From IMG/VR virus record IMGVR_UViG_3300030060_004838, positions 31,976 to 95,975 of that record: a stretch of DNA of 64,000 bases, one strand, 5' to 3'. Below, piece after piece: positions 26,869-36,046 of the stretch; within the stretch, counting starts at the first letter, position 1, and each line of letters starts with the position of its first letter. The notes beneath the pieces are model-generated. The model was not told the DNA's origin, did no database searches, and saw only the letters and a program-made list of their open reading frames with translations. The stretch is from a virus. Made by a program: the position numbers and the translations under genes.

Positions 26869-29268
26869 ATGATAATTAGTGAAGCAAAAAATAATGTAGA
26901 ATTAAGATGGAGAGATAAAGATAACAGAAGGGTTAATAAAACTATTACTAATTTTAAACCATACTTTTTTATTGAAAGAACAGAACAAATGCCTGAGTAT
27001 ATAGATTCATCAAGTAAGTATGGGGCTAACAGAATAAAGCCTACATATGTATTTGGTGAGTGGAAATCATTGGGTGGTAAAGAATTAACTAAAGTTGTAT
27101 TTGATACTGTTGGTGATTTTCATAATGGTAAAAAGCATTGGACTATTACATATGAAGCCGACATAGGTTTAGCAAGAAAATATACAAATGACTGTATGGA
27201 AGAAATAAAAGAATATAACTTGCGTAAATGGTATCTTGATATTGAAACTCAAGTTGGTGGTAGATATGACGGGCAAATAAATGCTTTGACTTTCTATGAT
27301 TCTTTTGATGATTACTATTATGTTATGACCCATTTTCCTATTGAACCACTACCATCATATAAAGATGTATTAGTTTATGAAGACGAACAGGATATGTTAG
27401 AAGCATTTGTTAAATTTGTAGAAGATAAAGACCCTGACATGATTATAGGTTGGTATGTATTAGGTTTTGATATACCTACTATTCTTAAAAGATTAATTGC
27501 TAATGATATTAATCCTAAGAAATTATCACCACATAGAGAAGTTAGAGGCGTTTCTCATAATAGAGTTTATAATATTAATTATGCAAATACTTCACAACCA
27601 ATAAAAGGTAGAATTACTTATTGTCTTATGACTCGATTTGAAAGATTATGGTTAGATTCTCAAAAAGGAACATTACCTTCTCTTAAATTAGATTATTGTT
27701 CAAGAAGATTATTAGGTGAAGATATTGGTAAAGAAAAATCAAATGCTAAGTTTGGTGATGATGAATTTTTCTTGCGTTCTTGGTTAGAAGATACAGAAGT
27801 TTTTCTTGAGTATAACCGAGTAGATGTAGAATTGATGGTTAGAATGGATAATGAAATGAATATTACTGAAAATGATATTGCACTTCAACATTTATTCGTA
27901 TGTCCTTTTGAATGTGTATTTCATAATTCACAAATGGGGGCGGCATATTTTATGCGTCATTCTGATTGGATTGCACCAACAGGTCAAAAAGGTATTAAAA
28001 CAAAATATGAGGCAGCATTCGTAATGAATCCTGAAGAAGAAGATACTTTTGGATTACATGAAAATGTCGCAGTATTTGATTTTAAATCGCTATATCCAAG
28101 CATGATGGCAAGTCGTAATATTTCATGGGAAACAAAATCTAACCATGACAATGCTCACAATGTTTATTTCTCTACACCTAAAAATCTTAGAGAGTGGGAA
28201 GGAGAAAACATTAGTGTATCATTTAGAAAAGATAACTTAGGAGTATTACCAAATGCCGTTTTAACACTCATGAAAATGCGTGATGGGTATAAGAAAAATA
28301 TGCGTGATGCTAAGACTGATGAAGAATATAGAAAATGGGATTCAGCACAAATGGCTACTAAGCGTGGTGTAAATGCTTTGTATGGAGTATTAGCAAAAGA
28401 TGGTTATGGTTGGGGCGATATGGAAATGGCTCAAGCGATTACCGCTTCAGCAAGAGAAGCCATGAGAAGCGTAGCATTCAAAGCAATAGAGTTAGGCTAT
28501 GAAGTAATTTACGGTCATACTGATTCTATATTTGTAAAGGTAAAAAATGTTGATGATGCAAAAGGTCTTTGTGTTTTACTAAATCAACATATACAAAATG
28601 AAGTTTTCAATGAACATGTAGTTTTAGAATTTGAAAAGTATGCTAAGTCATTTTTCCTATCTATGAAAAAGAATCGCTATTGTGGTTATTTATCTTGGAA
28701 AGATAATAAAGATGTAGACGAATTTTTTGTAATGGGATTTGAAATGAAAAAATCTAATGAAACTAAACTTGCAAAAGAAGTGCAATCCAAAATATTACAA
28801 ATGGTAGCACAAGGTAAATCAGAATCTACTGTTACTAAATATGCAAAGGCTATGTATAAAATAGTAAAGGCAGGTAAATATAAACCGTCTTCTGTTATTA
28901 AACAAAGTAGGTTAAGAAAATCATTAGATGAATACGAATCAATCGCTGGCGGTTCTGCTGGTGTATTGTTTTACAATCAAGAAATTGGTGAAATAAAAGA
29001 AGGTGATAGTTATTATTATTATACAGTAGATAATAAAGGTATTACTAAATACCCCCGACAGTATGAAACTAAAGGTAGGGTAAGAAATGTAGATTATATT
29101 GCATTTAAAAAATTAGACGAAGTTATTAATAACTTTCCGATTAATTGGAGTCGTTTGGCTGAATCTGAAATTAGTAAGAAAGTCAAACTGATATATGAAT
29201 CTCTAAGGTGGGATTTATCAGCGATAGCCAATGATGGCAGACAAACAACATTAGATAATTGGTGGTAA
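26869..29268 (+). CDS. polB: family B DNA polymerase with 3'-5' exonuclease
   Basis: LDIET, FDFKSLYPS, KRGVNALYG, YGHTDS, KNRY, C-terminal PIP QTTLDNWW. Confidence 0.96.
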   Translation: MIISEAKNNVELRWRDKDNRRVNKTITNFKPYFFIERTEQMPEYIDSSSKYGANRIKPTYVFGEWKSLGGKELTKVVFDTVGDFHNGKKHWTITYEADIGLARKYTNDCMEEIKEYNLRKWYLDIETQVGGRYDGQINALTFYDSFDDYYYVMTHFPIEPLPSYKDVLVYEDEQDMLEAFVKFVEDKDPDMIIGWYVLGFDIPTILKRLIANDINPKKLSPHREVRGVSHNRVYNINYANTSQPIKGRITYCLMTRFERLWLDSQKGTLPSLKLDYCSRRLLGEDIGKEKSNAKFGDDEFFLRSWLEDTEVFLEYNRVDVELMVRMDNEMNITENDIALQHLFVCPFECVFHNSQMGAAYFMRHSDWIAPTGQKGIKTKYEAAFVMNPEEEDTFGLHENVAVFDFKSLYPSMMASRNISWETKSNHDNAHNVYFSTPKNLREWEGENISVSFRKDNLGVLPNAVLTLMKMRDGYKKNMRDAKTDEEYRKWDSAQMATKRGVNALYGVLAKDGYGWGDMEMAQAITASAREAMRSVAFKAIELGYEVIYGHTDSIFVKVKNVDDAKGLCVLLNQHIQNEVFNEHVVLEFEKYAKSFFLSMKKNRYCGYLSWKDNKDVDEFFVMGFEMKKSNETKLAKEVQSKILQMVAQGKSESTVTKYAKAMYKIVKAGKYKPSSVIKQSRLRKSLDEYESIAGGSAGVLFYNQEIGEIKEGDSYYYYTVDNKGITKYPRQYETKGRVRNVDYIAFKKLDEVINNFPINWSRLAESEISKKVKLIYESLRWDLSAIANDGRQTTLDNWW

Positions 29269-29269
29269 T

Positions 29270-29743
29270 TTGAGAGAACAAAGTAATATAAAAGAAATAA
29301 TTAAATTAAAGAAAGAAATGGATAGATTGGAAGAACGATATAATAAAGCGGAAGAAAAGATTGCCAAGTTACAGACAGAAGAAGAAAATCTTTGGGTTAA
29401 AACAGGCATTTGTAGTATTTGTATGGAAGCCCCTAAAGATGGCTATACTGAATGGCATCATATTATTTCACAGCATAAATGTAAAAAAGAAGGACTATTA
29501 CACTTAATTAGTGCAAGGTCTAATGTTGTTGAATTATGTAAAGCATGTCATGATTTAACTACGGCTTCTATGTTAAGAACAAATTTAGAAAACTCTACTT
29601 CAAGGGTTTCTAAAGAAAACGCTGATAAAGAACCAACAGAAAATCAAATCAAGTATATCAAAAAACTGGGTGGAGATATACCTGATGACCTTACCCGACA
29701 GGGGGCAAGTCAATTAATTGACGAACTAAAAAAAGTGAGTTAA
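29270..29743 (+). CDS. HNH-like protein with C-terminal PTxxQ module
   Basis: CSIC...EWHHII...NVVELCKACH; PTENQIKYIKKLGG. Confidence 0.75.
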   Translation: MREQSNIKEIIKLKKEMDRLEERYNKAEEKIAKLQTEEENLWVKTGICSICMEAPKDGYTEWHHIISQHKCKKEGLLHLISARSNVVELCKACHDLTTASMLRTNLENSTSRVSKENADKEPTENQIKYIKKLGGDIPDDLTRQGASQLIDELKKVS

Positions 29744-29772
29744 GAATCCTCCCAAATAAAAATTATGAAAAG

Positions 29773-30651
29773 GTGTTTAGAGTGAGAAAAGAGAATGGAG
29801 AATATACATATAAATGGGAAGGAAATATAGATGGAAGTCCACCTATATTGAAAATTACTAAATCTTCTATTGGTAGTTATGGTTTTTGTAATCTTAATTA
29901 TAAGTATGGATATATTGATGATATAAAACAGAAAACAAGTCCTGCTATGATTAAAGGAACAATTGTGCACAATGCCCAAGAAGATTTTTGGAAAATGGTA
30001 AATGTTGATAATGCATTAGAGTTTATAGAAGAACCTATGAAATTACAAAAACATTTCCGTAGTTTATATCCTGAAACAGATAAAGAAGATATTGAAGAAT
30101 TATATACCTCTATGTCGGCATATAATACTGAAAGATTTATTGAATGTCATCACGAAGAAACACTAAATGAATTTATACCTGTTGGTAATGAAATTATGCT
30201 TGATGCAAGATACACTACTGAATCAGGAATAGAAGTACATCTTCAAGGGATTATTGATAGATTATTTTTAGAAGGTGATGGTTATATTCCTATGGAATTA
30301 AAAACAGGTGCATGGAAGGATTCTAAGAAAACTATGATGCGTAAAGAAATGGCTTTTTATAAAATACTATTTGAGAATGCTGACCCCGATGAACTTAGAA
30401 AGTTAGGCTTAAACCCCGAAACTCCTTTTACTCATTGGGCTTGGTATTATCCAGCAAGTAATTATGTATATGCTGAAAAAGTTTCTAAGCGTTCAGAAAC
30501 AGCAGTTAAAAACTCTTTTGAAAAATTAATTAATTCTTATATTGAAGAAGAATGGAAAGCATCTTATTTCTATAAGAAATGTATTCATTGTGGACATTAT
30601 GACCATTGTGAAGCGGCAGATGGAGGAAGTCAAAATGACGATTGGTTCTGA
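29773..30651 (+). CDS. Cas4-like PD-(D/E)XK nuclease with Fe-S cysteines
   Basis: FC, GTIVH, GIIDRL, ELKTG, CIHC..YDHC. Confidence 0.85.
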   Translation: MFRVRKENGEYTYKWEGNIDGSPPILKITKSSIGSYGFCNLNYKYGYIDDIKQKTSPAMIKGTIVHNAQEDFWKMVNVDNALEFIEEPMKLQKHFRSLYPETDKEDIEELYTSMSAYNTERFIECHHEETLNEFIPVGNEIMLDARYTTESGIEVHLQGIIDRLFLEGDGYIPMELKTGAWKDSKKTMMRKEMAFYKILFENADPDELRKLGLNPETPFTHWAWYYPASNYVYAEKVSKRSETAVKNSFEKLINSYIEEEWKASYFYKKCIHCGHYDHCEAADGGSQNDDWF

Positions 30652-31117
30652 TAATGCAGGTCAAGCATTTTATAAAAGTGGTGTTATAGAAGATAAAATA
30701 ATGGAAAGACAATGGACTCTTAATGATATTATTAACAAAAAAGATACTATATCAGAATTAGCAAGTGAATTATTATCAGATATGGATATAGAAACTAAAT
30801 ACTATATTGTGTGTGATACAGCATTACCTAAAAGTCCAATGTCTTTTGCTAAAGCAATACACAATAGAGCATTTGATATAGTAGAAAATTGGATTACTGC
30901 AAAGTTATCTATGTATTTAAAAACAGCAACGGTGAATTTTAATGAAGAAGAACCTATGGAATTACTTGAAGAACACTTGGAAAGAACTGAAACTAAGTTG
31001 GAAACAGTTGAAGGAAGTCTTAGTGAAGATGAGAAGGTAATGACTCTAAAAGATAGAATTAGAGCCGATACAAAACAATTAAATAAAGACGAAATGAAAA
31101 AGAGAGGAATGGAATGA
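30635..31117 (+). CDS. hypothetical protein
   Basis: GGAGG SD before MTIGS. Confidence 0.65.
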   Translation: MTIGSDNAGQAFYKSGVIEDKIMERQWTLNDIINKKDTISELASELLSDMDIETKYYIVCDTALPKSPMSFAKAIHNRAFDIVENWITAKLSMYLKTATVNFNEEEPMELLEEHLERTETKLETVEGSLSEDEKVMTLKDRIRADTKQLNKDEMKKRGME

Positions 31118-31201
31118 AAAGAAGGTGTAAAGTTATAGGGTGTAAAGCCCAATTAACTAATCCTGAAAAATTATTTTGTTCAATACATGAATATGTGAAA
31201 G

Positions 31202-32260
31202 GTGAGAATGGTGTATTTTCCGAGAGAAATGTGGGCAGGGAGTCTAAGAAATAAAGCAAGAGAAGCGTCAAGAATAGTAGTAAAGAATGAAGAAGAATAC
31301 AGAAACTTTATACAAATGTATAATGGTAAAATGAACCTTTTTACATCTGTATATGATTACAAACACTTTACTCCGAATAGAGGATTAGAATATTCTATTA
31401 TCATTGATAGAATATTTCTTGATTTTGATGCTCACGGTGATGAAGAATCTATGCCTAAGTTATATCAAGATGTATTGAGAATGCATAATTGGTTATTAGA
31501 AAAAGACTATAAACATAATATATCTTTTTCTGGTAGAGGTTTTCATATATTTGTATATGGTAATGTAGCAAGAACATTTAGACAAGTTAAAGCATTTTTT
31601 AATATCTGTTATGATGTTGTAAATAGAAGTCCTTATCTTGATACAGTTGTTATTAATACGAGTAGACTCAGAAGAATACAAAATACCTTTCACCTAAAAG
31701 CGAATCGTTGGTGTATTCCTATTACTCATGAAGATTTACTTGCGGGGTTGCCCACAATATATAAACTGTCAAAAGAAGGTAAAAGAAAAATAAAACCTGT
31801 TTATTATGGAAACAAATTAGTTGAATGGCCTGAAGTCAAAAAGATGGAAACAGCAGATATAGAAATTGATAGTGTTGAAAGTCCTGGAGATTTACCAATT
31901 TTACCTTGTTTAAAAAATGCTGTTATGTCTGAGAATCCTAATCATAGAGCAAGGGTTCTTTTAGTACAATGGTATAATGAGTTTTTATCTGAATTAATGG
32001 TAGTAAAAGATAATTTAGATTGTAGACCAAGAGATATTACAGGTAATGCTTTAGAAGATATTAAAGCGATAATTGAAAATGAAATCAAAACCATAGCATC
32101 TAACGAAGATACATGGATAGATTATGATTCAAATGAAACAAGAAAGCATGTAAGATTTATTGTTGATGGTAGGTATATGTCGCCTCATTGTAACACTCTT
32201 ATTGAAGAAGGACTTTGTATAGGTAAATGTTGGAGGTATGGTCATGATAATAATAGATAG
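31202..32260 (+). CDS. archaeo-eukaryotic primase, PriS-PriL fusion
   Basis: FLDFD, SGRGFH, RLRR; C-terminal LPC, NHRAR, PHC..GLC..KC. Confidence 0.87.
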   Translation: MRMVYFPREMWAGSLRNKAREASRIVVKNEEEYRNFIQMYNGKMNLFTSVYDYKHFTPNRGLEYSIIIDRIFLDFDAHGDEESMPKLYQDVLRMHNWLLEKDYKHNISFSGRGFHIFVYGNVARTFRQVKAFFNICYDVVNRSPYLDTVVINTSRLRRIQNTFHLKANRWCIPITHEDLLAGLPTIYKLSKEGKRKIKPVYYGNKLVEWPEVKKMETADIEIDSVESPGDLPILPCLKNAVMSENPNHRARVLLVQWYNEFLSELMVVKDNLDCRPRDITGNALEDIKAIIENEIKTIASNEDTWIDYDSNETRKHVRFIVDGRYMSPHCNTLIEEGLCIGKCWRYGHDNNR

Positions 32261-32921
32261 TAGAGAAGATTCACAATTAAGTAGAACATTAGAAACAATA
32301 GCAAAAAAAGCAAAAATTAAAACAGAAAAGAAATGGTTAGAGATTGGAGATTATATTGTAGGCGATTGTTGTATAGAAGCAAAATCAGCCGCAGACTTTT
32401 TACAATCTGTAAGAAATAAAAGAATATTTAATCAATTAGATAATATGGATAGAACATATAACAAAAATATAATATTAATATACGGAACATTAGACGATGC
32501 ATTAGAATATTTACATAGAACAAATTACAATTCAATGAGTTGGAGAACTAAACTAAAGAAAATGTTTGTAGGGGCTATCACTTCAATAGCATTACATACA
32601 GATGTTAAACCAATATGGGTAGATAGTTATAGAACTGCGGCTCATCTAATATTAGCAACAACAGAACATATAGATAAAAAATTAATTATACACAAAGAAT
32701 TACCAAAGAAAATAAGAACAGATGATGTAAGAGTAGATGTGCTATCTGAAATAAAGGGTGTTTCAGTAGAAAAAGCAAAAGCCCTATTAAAGTCCTTTGG
32801 AAGTATTGTAGAAATATCAATGGCTGATATTCAGGATATAACTAAGATAAAAGGAATTGGTAATAAAACTGCATACCATATTCTAAAGGCATTAAATTCA
32901 GAAAATGAGGTGAGATATTAA
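32238..32921 (+). CDS. XPF/ERCC4 endonuclease with HhH2
   Basis: IDSRE, GDY, EAKS..DF..S, GIGNKTA. Confidence 0.9.
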   Translation: MVMIIIDSREDSQLSRTLETIAKKAKIKTEKKWLEIGDYIVGDCCIEAKSAADFLQSVRNKRIFNQLDNMDRTYNKNIILIYGTLDDALEYLHRTNYNSMSWRTKLKKMFVGAITSIALHTDVKPIWVDSYRTAAHLILATTEHIDKKLIIHKELPKKIRTDDVRVDVLSEIKGVSVEKAKALLKSFGSIVEISMADIQDITKIKGIGNKTAYHILKALNSENEVRY

Positions 32922-34447
32922 TGGCAGAAGATTTAAATGTAGACGAATGGGAATTATATGAAGCGATGATTAAAGTTACTGATGATAGTAGTTTAGAAGT
33001 TATACGCTCAAGAAAAATTGAATTACCTAAAGATGTTATTAGATGGAAGAATGTAGTTGGTGAGTTTTCATTATATAATGATTATTCAGCAACAATGTCC
33101 TACTTTGTATCTTTAGGACAGATATTAAAGGATGTAGTAAGAGTTCCAATAGGTAGATTAGCGTTAGACCCAAGAATACACTATTGTTGGATTCAAACTT
33201 CAAGAAGTGGAAAGACAACAATGTTTGATTTCTTATGTCCTGTATGGGAAAGAACCTTTGAATTAATCAATTCTTATCCAACAACAAGAAACAATTTACC
33301 ACTATCAGGAGTTAAACAATTTACACTAAACAATCCTGATAGTTTTACTGACCAAGCGTTATTAGGTACTATGAAGATGAATGTTCCTAATCCTGATTAT
33401 AATAGACAAGATGCAAGAGAAGATGATGATTATGATATACCTGAATTTGAAGATAAAACAATTTATGGTAGTCTTTACGGTTCTGGTATTATTGCTTTTG
33501 ATGAGTTTGAACATTCTGGTATATTCAAAGAATCACAACATAAGCAAGAAACCGTTATGTTATTTCAAAAGTTTATGAATCGCTTAGATTCAAAGAGTCA
33601 TCTAATTAAGAAAAGACTAACTGAGTGGGGTAAAGATTTAGTGGTTGATTCACAAAGAAGTTTGTGGGCTACAACATTACCACCTGAAGGATTAGAAAAA
33701 GTTATTTTGACAAAAGGTGTATTTCAGCGAATGTGGCTTTATGTCCGAGATGTTCCTGAATCTTTAAGAGCACAAATGGAAGAAGATTATATTGACATGG
33801 TTGGGGAAATTTTAGAAGATGAAGATGGTTCGGCAGTTTATCATGAAGAATTTTCTGAGATGCTTTACAATACTTATAGATGGGTTCAAGAAAGATTAGA
33901 AGCAGTAGAAGGAGATAAAAGAAAAGTTGTTGTGTGGACTGAAGATGGACAAAAAGCATTAAAGAATGTATGGCGAGGTATGAAAAAATATATGAATACT
34001 TTTGATGATTCTATATACGAAGCGTTAAATACCTTCCTTATGAACATGATTAATAACATATGTATTGCGGCCGCTTTATGTGCAATTTCAGAAAGAAGTC
34101 CAAAGATAACTGCTAAACATATTAAACAAGGGAGGCAATTAACAGACGAATCTTTTGACTCAATTACAAGTTGGTTCACAGAAAAACTAAAGAAAAGACC
34201 AAAGAGATTCTCGGATAAGAATAATGAGAAGATGTATATTGCTGCTTATAACTCAACAAACCCCAAAGTTAAAGTTAATGGTACTAATGGTTGGGTAGAT
34301 AAGAAGTTGATGATTGAATCTTTCAGAAAAAATGAACAATGTGGAAGGAATAAATTTTATCGTCATTGGCAAAGTGTAAAACATATTTTTGAAGAAGTGC
34401 GAAAAACACAGACATATGTAAAATTAAAGGTGGAAAAAAATGAATAA
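32921..34447 (+). CDS. MCM-like AAA+ replicative helicase
   Basis: SRSGKTT, AFDEFE, GVFQR; position after primase and XPF. Confidence 0.65.
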   Translation: MAEDLNVDEWELYEAMIKVTDDSSLEVIRSRKIELPKDVIRWKNVVGEFSLYNDYSATMSYFVSLGQILKDVVRVPIGRLALDPRIHYCWIQTSRSGKTTMFDFLCPVWERTFELINSYPTTRNNLPLSGVKQFTLNNPDSFTDQALLGTMKMNVPNPDYNRQDAREDDDYDIPEFEDKTIYGSLYGSGIIAFDEFEHSGIFKESQHKQETVMLFQKFMNRLDSKSHLIKKRLTEWGKDLVVDSQRSLWATTLPPEGLEKVILTKGVFQRMWLYVRDVPESLRAQMEEDYIDMVGEILEDEDGSAVYHEEFSEMLYNTYRWVQERLEAVEGDKRKVVVWTEDGQKALKNVWRGMKKYMNTFDDSIYEALNTFLMNMINNICIAAALCAISERSPKITAKHIKQGRQLTDESFDSITSWFTEKLKKRPKRFSDKNNEKMYIAAYNSTNPKVKVNGTNGWVDKKLMIESFRKNEQCGRNKFYRHWQSVKHIFEEVRKTQTYVKLKVEKNE

Positions 34448-35045
34448 TATTTTATCGTTTGATATAGAAACAAAAAATTTAAGTTACGAGATTGGTGGTT
34501 GGGGTAACACCCATTTATTTAAAGTTGCGTGTGTTACAACATGGGATGGAAATAAGGGAGTTATCTATGTAGATGAACCATTAAGTGAACTAAAAAAAGG
34601 GACAGATGTAGAAATCAAATCATTAAGAGAACTTAAGTTTGATTTAGATGACCATTTTCAAAAAGGAGGTATTTTATTAGGGCATAATATTAATGCTTTT
34701 GATTTACCTGTGCTTAGAGATTCTATGGATATTTATATTGTAAGGAAATATTTAGAAGATAAATCAAATAGATGTATAGATACAAGTGCGTATTTAGTAA
34801 AAGAACATGGTAAAAGAATTCACTTAGATAATTTAGTAAAATGTAGTATAGGTGACCAAAAAAATATGAGTAGTATTGATTCTGTTGTAAAATGGAAAGC
34901 AGGAGAATACGATGAAGTGGTAGATTATTGTCTAAAAGATTCACAATTAACATATGATTTGTGGAAATATGGACAAGAAAATGGTATAGTAAAATACTTT
35001 GATGAAGTAGAAAATGTATTTACCGAGTTGCAGGTAAATTGGTAG
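34440..35045 (+). CDS. DEDD/RNase H-like 3'-5' exonuclease
   Basis: SFDIET, GHNINAFD, YCLKD. Confidence 0.85.
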   Translation: MNNILSFDIETKNLSYEIGGWGNTHLFKVACVTTWDGNKGVIYVDEPLSELKKGTDVEIKSLRELKFDLDDHFQKGGILLGHNINAFDLPVLRDSMDIYIVRKYLEDKSNRCIDTSAYLVKEHGKRIHLDNLVKCSIGDQKNMSSIDSVVKWKAGEYDEVVDYCLKDSQLTYDLWKYGQENGIVKYFDEVENVFTELQVNW

Positions 35046-35139
35046 TGCCTTTTATGCGCTTTATGGCGATATGTAAATTGAAAAAGTGGTAAGTCACTCT
35101 AAAGCCGAAGAAAAAGAATTATTACCAAAAGAAAAATTA

Positions 35140-35180
35140 GGGGTGTAGTCGTGTAAAATCGGCTATGCCCCGCTTTTTTT
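35140..35180 (+). terminator. terminator between the convergent replication and virion modules
   Basis: GGGGTGTAGTCG-8 nt-CGGCTATGCCCC followed by T7. Confidence 0.75.
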
Positions 35181-35347
35181 GCAAAATTTTTAAAAATTTC
35201 ATTTTTTGTAATTTTTTATTTTAGCGTTTTTGAATTTTTTATAGCCAAAAAAACCCAATCCGCCCCAAAATAATATTTCTAATATTATCAAAATTGCTAT
35301 TTGATAACCACTAACACAATAATTAACTAAACAGTATTCCATATTAA

Positions 35348-36046
35348 TCACGAAAAATTTATTTTAAAATAAAATGTGTCTGTTGCTATTGCATTACTAT
35401 TTCCTGCGATAACATCGGAATCTACATTTGTTGTGAATCCCGTACCATTATGTGTTATTTTTATAATAGCGAATCCCGCTGTTCCTGTATTATTTGTATT
35501 TATAGTAAATCCTGCAAAATTACTATTGGTGTTGACGGGATTAGGAGGCGTAGATAAATTATTATTTGCATCAACAAGAATCGAAAAAGTAACTGTTAAT
35601 GGAGAGGTACTATTATTAGGCATATATGCACCAAAATCTATATTATAATGACTTGTTCCACTTGGTAGATTACTTCCCGCAATTAATGTAACTTCTCCAT
35701 CATATTGATGAAAAGCACCCCCGTTAAAATTAGTAGCCCCTTGTATTCCTGTTGCTACATAATCTTCAACATCTATTGATGACCAAACAGTAGTACCACC
35801 TGAAGGATTAGATAAAGAAACATTATTAGAACTACCATTTGAAAAAATCTCTCTTATATCCAACTTTGCTTGAGAATGAGGAATATTAAAACCTGACTTT
35901 GCAGCCCCAGCACCTACTATGGTATTAACTAAATTTGGCGAAGCACCACCACCACCACCACTACCTGCTAATCTTTTCTTTTTGGCTTTTACACCCTTTC
36001 TAATCAATTGCATATGTATATCCATAATCAACCAACCTTTAGCCAT
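35348..36046 (-). CDS. tail fibre-associated or receptor-binding protein
   Basis: Gly linker, Asn/Ser/Thr-rich beta composition, last gene of the tail module. Confidence 0.55.
   Translation of the reverse strand: MAKGWLIMDIHMQLIRKGVKAKKKRLAGSGGGGGASPNLVNTIVGAGAAKSGFNIPHSQAKLDIREIFSNGSSNNVSLSNPSGGTTVWSSIDVEDYVATGIQGATNFNGGAFHQYDGEVTLIAGSNLPSGTSHYNIDFGAYMPNNSTSPLTVTFSILVDANNNLSTPPNPVNTNSNFAGFTINTNNTGTAGFAIIKITHNGTGFTTNVDSDVIAGNSNAIATDTFYFKINFS

Noticed and set aside
29773-30651. CRISPR-Cas locus
   Set aside because: Solo Cas4-like nuclease with no cas1/cas2 or array; common in archaeal virus replication modules
4468-34953. Minus-strand ORFs inside the + strand block (and + strand ORFs within 35376-63219)
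   Set aside because: Antisense shadows of well-supported genes, with atypical composition
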